Below, piece by piece: positions 30,518 through 41,511 of a stretch of 64,000 nt of DNA. A program made the position numbers and the translations under genes. This DNA is from Alphaproteobacteria bacterium (GTDB lineage: Bacteria; Pseudomonadota; Alphaproteobacteria; UBA9219): NCBI GenBank assembly GCA_009779135.1, contig WREW01000002.1, positions 78,953 through 142,952 of the forward strand. Reading direction: 5' to 3'. The notes beneath the pieces were generated by a model, which worked only from the letters and a program-made list of their open reading frames with translations, had not been told where the DNA came from and did no database searches. How positions within the stretch are numbered: the stretch's first letter is position 1; every line of letters begins with the position of its first letter.

Positions 30518-31263
30518 TATGCGTCTCCTTTATTAGAATCCTCATCGGAGGGGTCGGGTGGGGTGCTTTCCTGTGCCTGTAAAAGCTCTTCCTGATCGGC
30601 TTGTTCCAGCAGGGCTGCGGATTCCGCGCCGCCGATCAAGCGCCCTACATCTTGCCAGATTTTTTTGACATCGCGCTCCATGCCGCCGTCAGCCCATTCA
30701 ACGCGGCATTCGGACATGCCGAGCGCCGGATCGCCCAGAATAACGACTTTTCCGGCATAGGCCGCCTGCGAGACAAGCGCGTTGATGCGCGTGCGCGCTT
30801 CGTCAAACTGCGGTTCGGGAACGCGGAAAACAAGGCGCGGTTCGCGGCCCATTTCACTGATTGCGCGGCTGACAAGCGATTCAATCTCATCCATTCCATG
30901 CCGCGCGATATAAGTGGGCATAATTTTGCGCGCGATTACCAAGGCCAAAGACTGAAGCTGCCCAAGCTGGCTTTGCCAGCGCGCAACCACTTCCTGCGAG
31001 GCGCGCATAAGATTCTCATCAAGACGGATAAGAAGCTTGTTCATCGCGTTCATTTCGTCTTCTTTGAGAATCTTTTTTCCTTCTTCAAGACCGGCTTCAT
31101 AGGCCTGTTTCTGGGCCGCTGTAAAATCTTCTTCGCTGTAGGTTACAGGCGCCTGCTGCGCGGCTTCTTCCGCAGCCATGCCCTTGTCGAAAGACACGTC
31201 AAAAAGAAACTTCCGCGCCTGACGGTTTTCATCGTTGCACATGGTATCAGGTTGCGTGGCCAT
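30517..31263 (-). CDS. FliH/FlbE-like flagellar assembly protein
   Basis: 248 aa acidic coiled-coil protein sitting between fliG and fliN, as in the Caulobacter fliF-fliG-flbE-fliN-flbD operon. Confidence 0.5.
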   Translation of the reverse strand: MATQPDTMCNDENRQARKFLFDVSFDKGMAAEEAAQQAPVTYSEEDFTAAQKQAYEAGLEEGKKILKEDEMNAMNKLLIRLDENLMRASQEVVARWQSQLGQLQSLALVIARKIMPTYIARHGMDEIESLVSRAISEMGREPRLVFRVPEPQFDEARTRINALVSQAAYAGKVVILGDPALGMSECRVEWADGGMERDVKKIWQDVGRLIGGAESAALLEQADQEELLQAQESTPPDPSDEDSNKGDA

Positions 31264-31292
31264 GCCTGCTTCTTACGCCTTTCTTTTTATTC

Positions 31293-32318
31293 TCAGTAAA
31301 CAAGTTCATCTTCGCCATTGTCTTTGGCAATCGTGATCTCACCGCGTCCCGCGAGATCTTTGGCTTCATTCACAATGGTTGTCTGCGCTTCTTCAACGTC
31401 ACGGAGCCTTGTGGGGCCGAGTGCTTCAATGTCTTCCCTTATCAGCTTGCCCGCGCGTTCGGACATGTTGGAAAGGAACAGCTCTTTAAGCGCATCCGAA
31501 GATCCTTTAAGCGCCACAGCAAGTTTTGACTTGTCGATCGAGCGCAGCAAAGTCTGCACCGAGCGCGCGTCAAGCTTGACAAGATCTTCAAAGGTGAACA
31601 TCAGGCCTTTTATTTTTTCGGCTGACTCACGGTTGCGTTCTTCAAGAGCCGTCAAAAACTTTGATTCATTGCTGCGGTCAAGATTGTTGAAAATCTCGGC
31701 CATCGCTTCGTGCGGGTCGCGGCGGTTGGTGCGGGCGAGGTTGCTCATAAACTCATTGCGCAGAGTCCGTTCAATATCGTCCAGAATATCTTTTTGGATC
31801 GATTCCATGCGCAGCATGCGCATCACCACTTCCATGGCAAAACTTTCGGGCAGTTGCGAAAGGACGCGCGCGGCATGGTCGGGTTTGATCTTTGAGATCA
31901 CAACAGCCACCGTCTGGGGATATTCGTTTTTCAGAAAGTTCGCCAAAACGCCTTCATTGACGTTGGCCAGCTTGTCCCACATGGTGCGGCCTGCGGGGCC
32001 GCGAATGTCTTCCATGATGCTGTCAACGCGGCCACGATCCAGAATCTTGGACAAAAGACGCTCAGTCGATTCAAGTGTGCCGACAAGAGAGCCTGTTGAA
32101 GATATTTGTTCGACAAACTCGACAAAAAGTTTTTCGACGAGGCTTGAGCTGACATTGCCGAGATTGGCCATCACTTGGGAAATCTCACGGATCTCATCGT
32201 CATTCATGTGCGCGAAAACGCGCGAGGCGTATTCTTCGCCCAAAGACAAAATAATGATAGCGGCTTTTTCCGCACCGGAAAGGCTTCTTACATCTTCTCT
32301 TACACGAACGCCGGCCAT
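31293..32318 (-). CDS. fliG: flagellar motor switch protein FliG
   Basis: 341 aa; FliG N/M/C domains. Confidence 0.9.
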   Translation of the reverse strand: MAGVRVREDVRSLSGAEKAAIIILSLGEEYASRVFAHMNDDEIREISQVMANLGNVSSSLVEKLFVEFVEQISSTGSLVGTLESTERLLSKILDRGRVDSIMEDIRGPAGRTMWDKLANVNEGVLANFLKNEYPQTVAVVISKIKPDHAARVLSQLPESFAMEVVMRMLRMESIQKDILDDIERTLRNEFMSNLARTNRRDPHEAMAEIFNNLDRSNESKFLTALEERNRESAEKIKGLMFTFEDLVKLDARSVQTLLRSIDKSKLAVALKGSSDALKELFLSNMSERAGKLIREDIEALGPTRLRDVEEAQTTIVNEAKDLAGRGEITIAKDNGEDELVY

Positions 32319-32333
32319 AAGCTGTTTCCTATC

Positions 32334-33993
32334 CTAACGGCTTTCCTGATAAATCCAATTACGCAAGATTGAGACCGCTTCCTCAGGATGCTTGTCCACA
32401 ACCTCACCCACCTTGCGCAGGGACGAGGCTTTGACCTGACCCTCAACGCGCGAGATGTCGATCATTTTCTCAATCTCGCTTTCCCCTTCCTGAGCCTGCT
32501 GTTCGCTGCTGAACGCCGTCAAGCCAGGCGCCGGAAGCTGCGCTGCGCCGGCTGCAGGCGCCTGCGTTGTCAAACGCTGGCTTGAGGCCAAAGTCGCCGC
32601 CGATGTTTCAAGCAGCCTTTTGATAACAGGCCGCACAATCAAAAGCACAACCATCAAGCCGATAAAGGCCAGCATCAATGTTTCAGCCACACGCATCAGA
32701 TCCGTTGAGGGAAGTCCCATCAACAGCGAGTCACTGCCTGATCCCAAACTTTCATCGTCCGGCGCAAAGGGCATGTTCACCACTTCAAGCACATCGCCGC
32801 GATGCGCATCAAAATTAACGGCTGAGCGGACAATGGCTTTGATTTGGTCAAGCTCCTCCGGCGAACGCGGCGTATAGGTTTTGGTTCCATCCTCGGCAAT
32901 GGTTGTTGTGCCGTCAACCACAACGGCCACAGACAAGCGTGTCACCTGACCTGTTTCGCGGATCTGGTTGCGGACGGTTTTGTTGATCTCATAATTAACT
33001 GTTTCTTCGGCCCGATTGGAGCGGTTTGAGCTTGCCATATTGTCAGCCTGCGCCTGACCGCCGGGGAGGTTGTTGCCCATCGTGATCGTGCCGAGATTAC
33101 CGTCCGCGCTTGATGTATCCTCGGTCGTGCTTTGCTGCGAGCGGACGACCTGACTGTCGGGATCAAAAATCTCGGAGCTTGTTGTCACGCGGTCGAAATC
33201 CATATCCGCAGACACTTTGGCGCGCACTTTGCCGAAACCGAGCGTGCGCGCAAGAAGGTCTTCAATCTTACGCGCCTGAGTCTGTTCGTACTGCTGGCGC
33301 ATTTCATCTTGCGAGCCGCTGAAAATACCGCTTGGGTTGTTCTCATCCGTCGGACGCGCCAAAAGATTGCCTTTGTCATCCACCACCGAAATGCGGTTGG
33401 GTTGAAGCTGCGGCACAGCGGCGGCGATCAGATTCTGGATGGCGGCGATCTGCTCCCGCGTTAAAACCGTGCCGCCGCGCGTTTTGATAAATACACTCGC
33501 TGTGGCTGTCTGCGTGTTTAGGGTAAATAATTCGCGCTGCGGCAAAACAAGATGTACGCGCGCGGACTGCACCACGCTCATGGTCGAGATTGTCCGCGCA
33601 AGCTCGCCTTCCAAAGCGCGCAGATGGTTGATGTTCTGGACAAAGCTTGTGGTGCCGAAGCCTTCTTTCTGGTCAAAAATCTCATACCCGATCGAGCCGC
33701 CTTTGGGCAGGCCTTCCGAGGCCATGGTCATACGAAGACGCCCGACCTGATTGCCCGGGACGCGAATAGCGTTGCCGCCAGCCGTAATATCATAAGGTAG
33801 GCCCAGCGTATCTAGCTTTTGGATAATCGCGCCGGCATCCTGCGGATCAAGATCACTATATAAAAGCGCCATGGGCGGGTTTGAGATTCGTATCATCAAA
33901 AAGCCGAAAAAGGTCAACAGCGCAAAAGCCACAAAGGCTATGGCACCCAGACGCGCCGGCCCAAGATTTCTTAGCGTTTGTATTAAGCTGTTC
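32334..33993 (-). CDS. fliF: flagellar MS-ring protein FliF
   Basis: probable GTG start (VNSLIQTLRNLGPARL...); two TM segments; conserved periplasmic ring domains. Confidence 0.85.
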
Positions 33994-34217
33994 ACGAGGC
34001 TTTTATCTCCGCTGGACGGCCATTTGCGTGCAAAGTCGCCGAAAAAGGGGGGGAAACGACTCGGCACAAGACGCAAAAGGTAAACCCTGCCTACTTGGTT
34101 TCCCAAGCACTCACAAGAATTATATGCGGTATGTAAAAAAAGTGTTAAGAAAGTGGGCAAATATTGCCTATTTGTGACAGTTTATTTTGCTGTCGTCATG
34201 AGCGATAGATTCGCTTT

Positions 34218-35138
34218 TTAGCGCGGCTGGAAATCATGGGCTATCGCGATAGCCAGCGCCCGAACATGCCTCTTGGCCACTTTTAGCATATCCGGTTTCG
34301 ACAAGGTTTTGGTGGTCGCTTTCTCCCACGGATTTTCAAGTCCGGGGTCTTGCGCAATCAAGCCTTGTTTAAGCATTTTAGACCGGACGGCAAGCGTAGC
34401 AAAATCTCGCTTGCTCCCCTTTTTTGCGGCGTTCGGGCCGTATCTAAAAATATAACGCGCTTTGCCGGGGCACATGCGGTCGCTGCTCATGTCCGCGCAG
34501 GTGTCCTTTATGTAGAGAAGGGCAAAGAAGGAGTCCAGAAACTCGTGCTTTTTGACGATCTCGTACATTCTTTTGTAAGGCGCTTTTTCAGTATTAAGGG
34601 GCCTACCGGCTTTATCAGCCACCGCGCGTTCTTTTTTAAGCTGCTTGGATATGGCTTTCATCTCCGCAAGCGTCCGCGCGTCTATAAGATTAGAATTACC
34701 CTTGGCCAGATGCTTTTCCAGATCATCAACGTAATTTTCAAAATAATGGTTTATAGTCACTTTTGTCGCCTGAGATACAGTTCCTTGTTTCTTGTCCGTG
34801 CCAAGTTTTGACTCTGTCCATAATTGCGGCAGAAGCATATCATAATCCCTTTTCCGCAACCGCATCGTGTTTTCATCATTTCCCGGGTGTAAAAGTTCTA
34901 TGGCTGTGGTCAGGTCGCGGATGGTTTTCTGCGCACGCGGATCTTTAAGGATATCGCCCATCCAGCCGATTTCTTTTTGTAGAGATCTTTCGATTTTTTT
35001 ATGATCCGCGTCCGAAACCAAAGCTTGGGCGGGTTGGGGGAGCATGGTGCAGAGGGTCAGAGCCGCAGCAGTAAAAAGAGTGCGCGCGTTTGATACGCGG
35101 CAAATGCAGACGGCAGCTTTTTTCCAATCAAAAATCAT
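34218..35138 (-). CDS. hypothetical secreted protein
   Basis: 306 aa; N-terminal signal peptide; no recognised domain. Confidence 0.45.
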   Translation of the reverse strand: MIFDWKKAAVCICRVSNARTLFTAAALTLCTMLPQPAQALVSDADHKKIERSLQKEIGWMGDILKDPRAQKTIRDLTTAIELLHPGNDENTMRLRKRDYDMLLPQLWTESKLGTDKKQGTVSQATKVTINHYFENYVDDLEKHLAKGNSNLIDARTLAEMKAISKQLKKERAVADKAGRPLNTEKAPYKRMYEIVKKHEFLDSFFALLYIKDTCADMSSDRMCPGKARYIFRYGPNAAKKGSKRDFATLAVRSKMLKQGLIAQDPGLENPWEKATTKTLSKPDMLKVAKRHVRALAIAIAHDFQPR

Positions 35139-35290
35139 CGTATAACCCCTTGCTTTAAATCGGTTTTACGGTGAAACTGTTTCCTCTTTAAGTGTGGCTC
35201 AGCTCTAAGAGTATTTTATATGTAAAATGCGGAAAAATCAAGATTTCCATTACTTTCATGGGGGGTTATTTGCGTAAAGCTTTAATATCC

Positions 35291-36169
35291 CTATGCCCAC
35301 CCGTTTTGCATCTTGGTCGCTTTCAGGGTGTTTTGCATTAGGCAGGCGATGGTCATGGGGCCTACGCCGCCCGGGACGGGGGTGATGGCGCCGACATGGG
35401 GGAGGGCTTCGTCAAAGGCTACGTCGCCTACCAGCTGGCTTTTGCCGGTTTCCTCGTTGGTGACTCGGTTGATGCCTACATCGATGACGATGGCGCCTTC
35501 CTTAATCCAAGCGCCGCGCAGGAAGGCGGGGCGGCCAAGGGCGGCGATGATGATGTCGGCTTGGGCGCATTCCTCGGGCAGGTTGCGGGTGCGGGAGTGG
35601 GCCATTGTCACCGTGCAGTTGGCTTTTAAAAGCATGGAAGCCATTGGTTTGCCTACGATGTTTGAGCGGCCTACGACCAAGGCTTTTTTGCCGCTCAGAT
35701 CCTTTTCGACTTCCTCGATCAAAATCATGCAGCCCGAGGGGGTGCAGGGTGCCAGACTCGCTAGCCCTATGGACTGGCAGCCGATATTTACGGGGTGAAA
35801 GCCGTCCACATCTTTAAGCGGGTCTATGGCGTTGATGACCATTTGTTCGTTGATTGCGGAAGGCAGGGGCAGTTGAACCAGTATTCCGTTCACCATGGGG
35901 TCTGCGTTCAGCTGCGCGATAAGCGCCAGAAGTTCGTCCTGCGTGGTCGCGGCGGGCAGGGTGTGGCTGGTGGAACGAAATCCCACTGATTCGCAGGCAA
36001 GCTTTTTGTTGCGCACATAAACCTGACTGGCCGGATCTTCGCCTACCAGTACAACCGCAAGGCCCGGCGTCAGGCCGTCATGGCGCTGCTTCATTTCGCA
36101 GACCTGCGCAGCCAATTCCTGCTTCATCCGCGCTGCTACGGCACGGCCATCAATAATCTGGGCTGTCAC
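35291..36169 (-). CDS. folD: bifunctional methylene-THF dehydrogenase/cyclohydrolase
   Basis: (V)[11 protein letters not shown] start typical of FolD; NAD(P)-binding GRSNIVGKP; alternative start upstream in the ORF track is less likely. Confidence 0.85.
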   Translation of the reverse strand: MTAQIIDGRAVAARMKQELAAQVCEMKQRHDGLTPGLAVVLVGEDPASQVYVRNKKLACESVGFRSTSHTLPAATTQDELLALIAQLNADPMVNGILVQLPLPSAINEQMVINAIDPLKDVDGFHPVNIGCQSIGLASLAPCTPSGCMILIEEVEKDLSGKKALVVGRSNIVGKPMASMLLKANCTVTMAHSRTRNLPEECAQADIIIAALGRPAFLRGAWIKEGAIVIDVGINRVTNEETGKSQLVGDVAFDEALPHVGAITPVPGGVGPMTIACLMQNTLKATKMQNGWA

Positions 36170-36182
36170 GGGAAAGAACCTC

Positions 36183-36479
36183 TTAAAAAAGACGCCATAC
36201 AAAGGCGCGTAAAAACATGATAGCGACAACAAGGACAACAGGCGACAGATCCATGCCCCCTATCAACGGCATGACGCGCCGGATCGGATTCAAGATAGGG
36301 TCGGTCAGTTTCTTATAGACCTCATTCACCGCGCGAATCACGCGGTTGTCCGCGCTTACCATGTCAAAAACAACCAGCCAGCTTAACAATGCGCCGACAA
36401 CCAGAAGGCCGATATAAAGACCCAAAAGGAAATAGAGAATCTCCAAGGCGGCGGCTGTGAGAGATGAAAAAATGCCCAT
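36183..36479 (-). CDS. YggT-family membrane protein
   Basis: ~98 aa, 2 TM; YggT signature ([17 protein letters not shown]). Confidence 0.6.
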   Translation of the reverse strand: MGIFSSLTAAALEILYFLLGLYIGLLVVGALLSWLVVFDMVSADNRVIRAVNEVYKKLTDPILNPIRRVMPLIGGMDLSPVVLVVAIMFLRAFVWRLF

Positions 36480-36608
36480 GATATTTGCTCCTTCAGGCTG
36501 GTTTTTGGTTAACTTATGCGTTTTGCGCACAGATGGCAAGGGAAGCTTGACAGACAAGGCGCGGCGGATCATAAACTTCCCACCTACCGCCCGTTTTTCG
36601 GGCATAAA

Positions 36609-36684
36609 GGGCCTGTAGCTCAGCTGGGAGAGCGCATCGTTCGCAATGATGAGGTCGTCGGTTCGATCCCGATCAGGTCCACCA
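36609..36684 (+). tRNA. tRNA-Ala (anticodon CGC)
   Basis: cloverleaf folds by eye; G3:U70 alanine identity pair; anticodon loop TTCGCAA; encoded 3' CCA. Confidence 0.85.
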
Positions 36685-36796
36685 TCCGTTTTTTCGTTTC
36701 ACTGTGTCGCGCTTGCTTTCGAGATAGCAATATGGTTAATATAAAATTAGGAAAGTTGCGCCGAATATGGTTACTGTTTGATTTTGGGAGGGGTAT

Positions 36797-38395
36797 ATGA
36801 TCGATGATCTCGTCCGCGAGCTGTTTGCCGGAGATTCCAAGTATTTAGAGCTGGAAAGCTTGTATGTGAAATATCTTGATTCCAGCGACTCAGGCAGTAA
36901 AGAACATGACTCTCTGATTGAAAGCATGATCGTTGAGCATCTTAAAGTTGGGGTACCTCCCTCTGAAATCTTCGGAAAGCTTATGACGATTTTGTTTCAC
37001 AAAGCGCTCACGACATCGCGCTTTCAAAAGAAGAATATGGAGCCGCAGTTAAGCGCCATCGTAAAACCCTTTTTGACCGATTTCCCGAGGCTGGAACATC
37101 TCTATGCTTTACGTCACAGCACCAACATCACGCTCAGATTCAACAGTGGTGAGTCGCTGTACAGGGTGATCTCCGACAAGAATTATGCGTCTTCTGAGTT
37201 CAGGAGTCTGCGCATTCTGGCAAACACGGCCAAGGAAATCAATGATACGACTGAACCTCTGATCGCGTTGTTCCTGTCTTCGAAAGACATTAAAAACCGA
37301 GGCAATGCCATGGCCTCAGCCGTGCATGAGCTGGATGCTTCGGTGAAGGAAATTACCAACAATATTGAAGGCGTCAACCACAACACCGATCAGGCAGTTG
37401 CCAGTATGGAAAAGGGGATTCAGGCTTCAAACCGCGCGATCTCGGCGATCACCAAGATCTCTGAAACAACACAGGATGTGTCGGGCCGTATTGAAAGCCT
37501 GTCCAAGGCGTCCGAGAAAATCGGTGAGATTTTGCAGACGATCGACGGCATTTCCAAACAGACCAATCTTCTTGCCCTTAACGCCACGATCGAGGCGGCG
37601 CGGGCGGGCGAAGCCGGTAAAGGCTTTGTGGTGGTGGCCAATGAAGTCAAGCTGCTGGCGGGGCAGACCTCCAAGGCGACTGATGATATCAAGCAGCGGG
37701 TGACCAATCTTAAAGAGGAAATGTCCAGCATCACAGCCGCGATTGCCGGCAGCAGCGAGGCGGTTGTGGAAGGCGAGACCGTTATCAAGGAATCCTCGGC
37801 GCAGATGAGCAGCGTGTCCACCCAGATTGAAAACATCCACACCAAGATGCAGGAAGCCTTGACCGTGCTGACCCAGCAAAGTCAGGCGACCTCCGAGATA
37901 TCAACATCCATTACCAGCATTTCGGAAAGCTTGACTCATAATGACACTCTGGTTTCCGATATTGTTAAGGCCATCAACACCGCAAACGAGGACATCGTCA
38001 AGAGCACCGGTTCAATCACCAACCGCAAGACTCCTGAGTTCATGGGCGAGCTTACCCGTCTTGACCATATGCTGTTTAGAAAACGGGTCACCGACACCCT
38101 TATGGGCTTCGCTGACAATCATGACCATGATCTTCCGGATCACCATAGCTGTCGTCTCGGACAATGGTATGACGGCGTGACCGACACCGACCTTAAAAAC
38201 GCGGATGCATTCAAGAGTCTGTATTCGCCGCATGAAAAGGTTCATACGCTGGCTAAAGAGGCCTTGCGTCTGCATCAAAGCAAGCAAAGCACAGATACCG
38301 TCCTGCAGAAACTTCATGAACTGACGGTCGAATACAACAAGGTTCTCACGGACTTGTCGCGCATGTCGGATTACCTTATCGCAAAGGATAAATAA
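36797..38395 (+). CDS. cytoplasmic methyl-accepting chemotaxis protein with C-terminal CZB (zinc-binding) domain
   Basis: no TM; MCP signalling domain ([31 protein letters not shown]); C-terminal H-x3-C-x-GQW ... H motif of chemoreceptor zinc-binding domains. Confidence 0.8.
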   Translation: MIDDLVRELFAGDSKYLELESLYVKYLDSSDSGSKEHDSLIESMIVEHLKVGVPPSEIFGKLMTILFHKALTTSRFQKKNMEPQLSAIVKPFLTDFPRLEHLYALRHSTNITLRFNSGESLYRVISDKNYASSEFRSLRILANTAKEINDTTEPLIALFLSSKDIKNRGNAMASAVHELDASVKEITNNIEGVNHNTDQAVASMEKGIQASNRAISAITKISETTQDVSGRIESLSKASEKIGEILQTIDGISKQTNLLALNATIEAARAGEAGKGFVVVANEVKLLAGQTSKATDDIKQRVTNLKEEMSSITAAIAGSSEAVVEGETVIKESSAQMSSVSTQIENIHTKMQEALTVLTQQSQATSEISTSITSISESLTHNDTLVSDIVKAINTANEDIVKSTGSITNRKTPEFMGELTRLDHMLFRKRVTDTLMGFADNHDHDLPDHHSCRLGQWYDGVTDTDLKNADAFKSLYSPHEKVHTLAKEALRLHQSKQSTDTVLQKLHELTVEYNKVLTDLSRMSDYLIAKDK

Positions 38396-38404
38396 AACTT
38401 CTCT

Positions 38405-38516
38405 CTTGTCATCCTCGAGGCTTGCGAAGCAAGCTCTCGGGGATCTGACACTTGGAATGATGCTCTGGCGTCAAATCCCCGGGTCAATCGCTGCGCGATT
38501 GCCCGAGGATGACAAT
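38405..38516. repeat. family-2 palindromic repeat, copy b
   Basis: cttgtcatcctcgagg ... gcccgaggatgacaat. Confidence 0.7.
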
Positions 38517-38528
38517 AAGGAATGACTT

Positions 38529-39233
38529 TTAAGACTTGCGTCCGGCAAAGATCTTTTTATAGGTCAGAGCGCCAAGGACAGCGCCGAGGATGGGCGCTAC
38601 CCAAAACATCCAGAGCTGCTGGAAGTAGGCTTCTGTTTCAAAAAGAGTGACAAGGGCGACTGCCGTTGAGCGGGCCGGATTCACAGACGTGTTGGTCACC
38701 GGAATGGAAATCAGGTGAATCAAGGTCAGTGCCAGACCAATCGCAATCGGCGCAAAGCCGGGTACAGCGCGGGCTGACGTTGCGCCGAGAATTACGATCA
38801 GGAAGAACCCCGTCAAAATCGTTTCCGTGAGAAACGCGGCGAGCATGGAATAATTCCCGGGCGACAAATCACCATAGCCGTTTGAAGCAAAACCGCCGAA
38901 AGTGGAGAAATCGGCCCGACCGCTTACGATCGCCGCCAAGACACATGCCGCCACAGCGCCGCCGATCACCTGCGTGATGACGTAGGGGCCAACATCTTTC
39001 CAGTCAAAACGGCCTGCTGTTGCCAATCCTATAGAGACAGCCGGATTGAAATGCCCGCCGGAAATGGCGCCGACAGCATAAGCCATCGTCAACACGGTCA
39101 GACCAAAAGCAAGGGCCACACCGACAAACCCGATCCCCAGATCAGGAAAGCCGGCTGCGATAAGGGCGCTTCCGCACCCGCCAAAGACAAGGACAAACGT
39201 CCCCAAGAACTCAGCCGCCAGCTTGGTTCTCAT
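38529..39233 (-). CDS. aqpZ: aquaporin Z
   Basis: MIP family; two NPA/NPARS motifs; 6 TM. Confidence 0.85.
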   Translation of the reverse strand: MRTKLAAEFLGTFVLVFGGCGSALIAAGFPDLGIGFVGVALAFGLTVLTMAYAVGAISGGHFNPAVSIGLATAGRFDWKDVGPYVITQVIGGAVAACVLAAIVSGRADFSTFGGFASNGYGDLSPGNYSMLAAFLTETILTGFFLIVILGATSARAVPGFAPIAIGLALTLIHLISIPVTNTSVNPARSTAVALVTLFETEAYFQQLWMFWVAPILGAVLGALTYKKIFAGRKS

Positions 39234-39329
39234 GGTTAACTCTTTGTTTTTCATGGTTAACTCTCCTTATGTGAGAAAAAGATAGATTCGCTTCAGGATT
39301 ATCATAAGGAAAAATAGGGGGGCTGGGAA

Positions 39330-39390
39330 GGTGGGAGGGGGAGGGTGGCCCCCCTCCCAACCCTCCCCCGCGAGGGGAGAGGGTTAGATG
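39330..39390. repeat. family-3 GC-rich hairpin element
   Basis: ggtgggagggggagggtggcccccctcccaaccctcccccgcgaggggagaggg; related hairpins at 8968 and 46572. Confidence 0.5.
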
Positions 39391-39393
39391 CTT

Positions 39394-39512
39394 CTTGTCA
39401 TCCTCGGGGCTTGCGAAGCAAGAGCCCGGGGATCTGACATCAGAGCATCGTTTTACCGTCAGATCCCCGTGCTCTTGTCTGCCTACCAGCAGACAAGCCA
39501 CGAGGATGACAA
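39394..39512. repeat. family-2 palindromic repeat, copy c
   Basis: cttgtcatcctcgggg ... cacgaggatgacaag. Confidence 0.7.
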
Positions 39513-39523
39513 GTGGGATGCTT

Positions 39524-41176
39524 TCAAAAAAGCAGCGCTTTGGTGCGGCAGGTTTTGAATAGGTCGAGGGTTGGGTTATAGACTTTTGTTTTGATCTCAA
39601 ACAAGCTTACGATGGAATGAAAGAGGTTATCGTGCGTATAGGCGTGTTTTTCGGCTTCTTGCTTTAAACAATCTTCATCAATATGGTCGTTTTCTTTCAT
39701 AGTGTCAGACATCCATAAAATCATGGGGATTTTTATTTGCTCCTGCGGCGCGATTTTGTAGGGGAGGCCGTGAAGATAGATATTATTTTCGCCCAACGAC
39801 TCGCCATGATCCGAAACATAGAGCAAACCGGTTTCATAATCGGGGTGCTTCTTTAAAATATCTATGATCGAAGAAAGAACAAAGTCCGTGTATAAAATCG
39901 TATTGTCATAGGTGTTGATGATGGCGTTGCGCGTACAGTTCTGCAAATTACCCGTATCGCAGGTCGGCTGAAAAACCTTAAAGCGGTCAGGATAGCGATT
40001 GTAATAGGTCGGGCCGTGACTTCCCATCATGTGAAGGACAATAAGCGTGTCGGTTTTAATGTTGTTTAAAATATCTTCAAGCCTGTCAAGCAGCGCTTCG
40101 TCATGGCAATAGGAGCCTTTGCAATATCTCGGGTCATTCACTTTGACCATGTCTTCCGTATAAACCCGCGCGCATACGCCTTTACAGCCATCGTCATTTT
40201 CAAGCCATATAATGTCATTGCCCGCTGTCTTGAGAATATCCAGAAGGTTTTCGGTATAACGCGCATCATCAACATCAAAATCTTTACGCGGTTTATGCGA
40301 AAAAATGCACGGCACGGAAATAGCCGTCGTTGTGCCGCACGCGCTGACATCACGGAAACGGATAATATCCTGCTGCGCAAGCAACGGGTTTGTATCTCTT
40401 TTATAACCATATAATGAAAAATTATGCGGCCTTGCCGCTTCGCCCAAAGCAAGAACCAGCACGGTTTTATGCTGGTCTTCAAAAGAAACCACAACAGCGG
40501 TTTGATCTATGGTTTCAAAAGTTTTTGGAACCTGCGTTTTGGCGCGGATATAACGTGTCGTAGCATGAATATAATTGGCCGTGTTGATAAGCGCGCGCGC
40601 GTGTTTGTGATGTCTTCCGAAGGCGGCGTATTCCTTATAGAAGACTCCGGCCAGCGCGCCGAAAACAACCAGGCTTATCACAATAAGAACAAAGCGCTTT
40701 TTCAGCTCCTTTCCGAAAGACTGGTAGGTGATGTCCGCCAAAACCACGAGCAGGGCAGGGATCACGCCCGTTAAACCAAACCAGAATAAAAAAGACCATG
40801 TAATGAGATCCAGAGCTTCCCTTCGATTGGTTTCAAAAACATTGCGCACCATATCGGGATCGATAAAAATACCATAATGCACCATCCAATAATTGGCTGC
40901 GCTTGAAATCAGCAACAAAATGACGGTCAAAGTTTTGGCGAAAAAAGGAACAACGACAAGATTAAAAAAGACATATAAAGGGATCAAAATAAAAAACACC
41001 AAAGACACGGCAAACAAGGCTGTCTGCGTGTTGGTTACAGCAAGATTTTCATGGATATAACGCCAAAAAGCCAGATTCAAACAAAAGCCAAAATAAAAGG
41101 TCATCAGTATGATAAACAGATGACTTTTTATAGCGGGTTTTTTCATAAGAACCTTGTGATGAGGATGGTGCCCCAT
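39524..41176 (-). CDS. eptA: phosphoethanolamine transferase (EptA family)
   Basis: 5 N-terminal TM helices plus periplasmic sulfatase-like domain (HMMGSHGPTYYNRYP; DHGE). Confidence 0.8.
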   Translation of the reverse strand: MGHHPHHKVLMKKPAIKSHLFIILMTFYFGFCLNLAFWRYIHENLAVTNTQTALFAVSLVFFILIPLYVFFNLVVVPFFAKTLTVILLLISSAANYWMVHYGIFIDPDMVRNVFETNRREALDLITWSFLFWFGLTGVIPALLVVLADITYQSFGKELKKRFVLIVISLVVFGALAGVFYKEYAAFGRHHKHARALINTANYIHATTRYIRAKTQVPKTFETIDQTAVVVSFEDQHKTVLVLALGEAARPHNFSLYGYKRDTNPLLAQQDIIRFRDVSACGTTTAISVPCIFSHKPRKDFDVDDARYTENLLDILKTAGNDIIWLENDDGCKGVCARVYTEDMVKVNDPRYCKGSYCHDEALLDRLEDILNNIKTDTLIVLHMMGSHGPTYYNRYPDRFKVFQPTCDTGNLQNCTRNAIINTYDNTILYTDFVLSSIIDILKKHPDYETGLLYVSDHGESLGENNIYLHGLPYKIAPQEQIKIPMILWMSDTMKENDHIDEDCLKQEAEKHAYTHDNLFHSIVSLFEIKTKVYNPTLDLFKTCRTKALLF

Positions 41177-41511
41177 ACAAGGGCGACATTGAGAAAGGAT
41201 ATTAAAACCAGTAGGCTGCCTATATCCTTCGCTTTCTTTGAAAGATCGTGATAGTCCGGCGAGATTCTGTCAATGATCGCTTCAATCGCCGTGTTGACCA
41301 GCTCCATCAACAAAACAAGAAACAGCGCGGCGATCATCAAAAGCTTTTCCACGATACTCAAAGGAAGCAGCAGTGCAACAACAAAAAGGACGAGACAGAA
41401 TAAAAGATCTTGGCGAAATGCCGCTTCGCTTTGAAAGGCCTGTTTAAACCCGCTTGCGGAATAAACAAAAGCTTTAAGAATCCTGCCGACGCCTTTATGA
41501 GGGGATTTCAT
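41143..41511 (-). CDS. dgkA: diacylglycerol kinase
   Basis: ~123 aa 3-TM protein with the prokaryotic DgkA signature (ASGFKQAFQSEAAFRQ ... VNTAIEAIIDRI); the upstream in-frame extension in the ORF track overlaps the next gene and is unlikely to be real. Confidence 0.75.
   Translation of the reverse strand: MKSPHKGVGRILKAFVYSASGFKQAFQSEAAFRQDLLFCLVLFVVALLLPLSIVEKLLMIAALFLVLLMELVNTAIEAIIDRISPDYHDLSKKAKDIGSLLVLISFLNVALVWGTILITRFL

Noticed and set aside
35291-36238. 315-aa FolD with the extra N-terminal [23 protein letters not shown]
   Set aside because: FolD proteins begin at the (V/M)TAQIIDG motif. The extension has no counterpart and depends on a non-ATG start, so the gene was shortened to ~36169.
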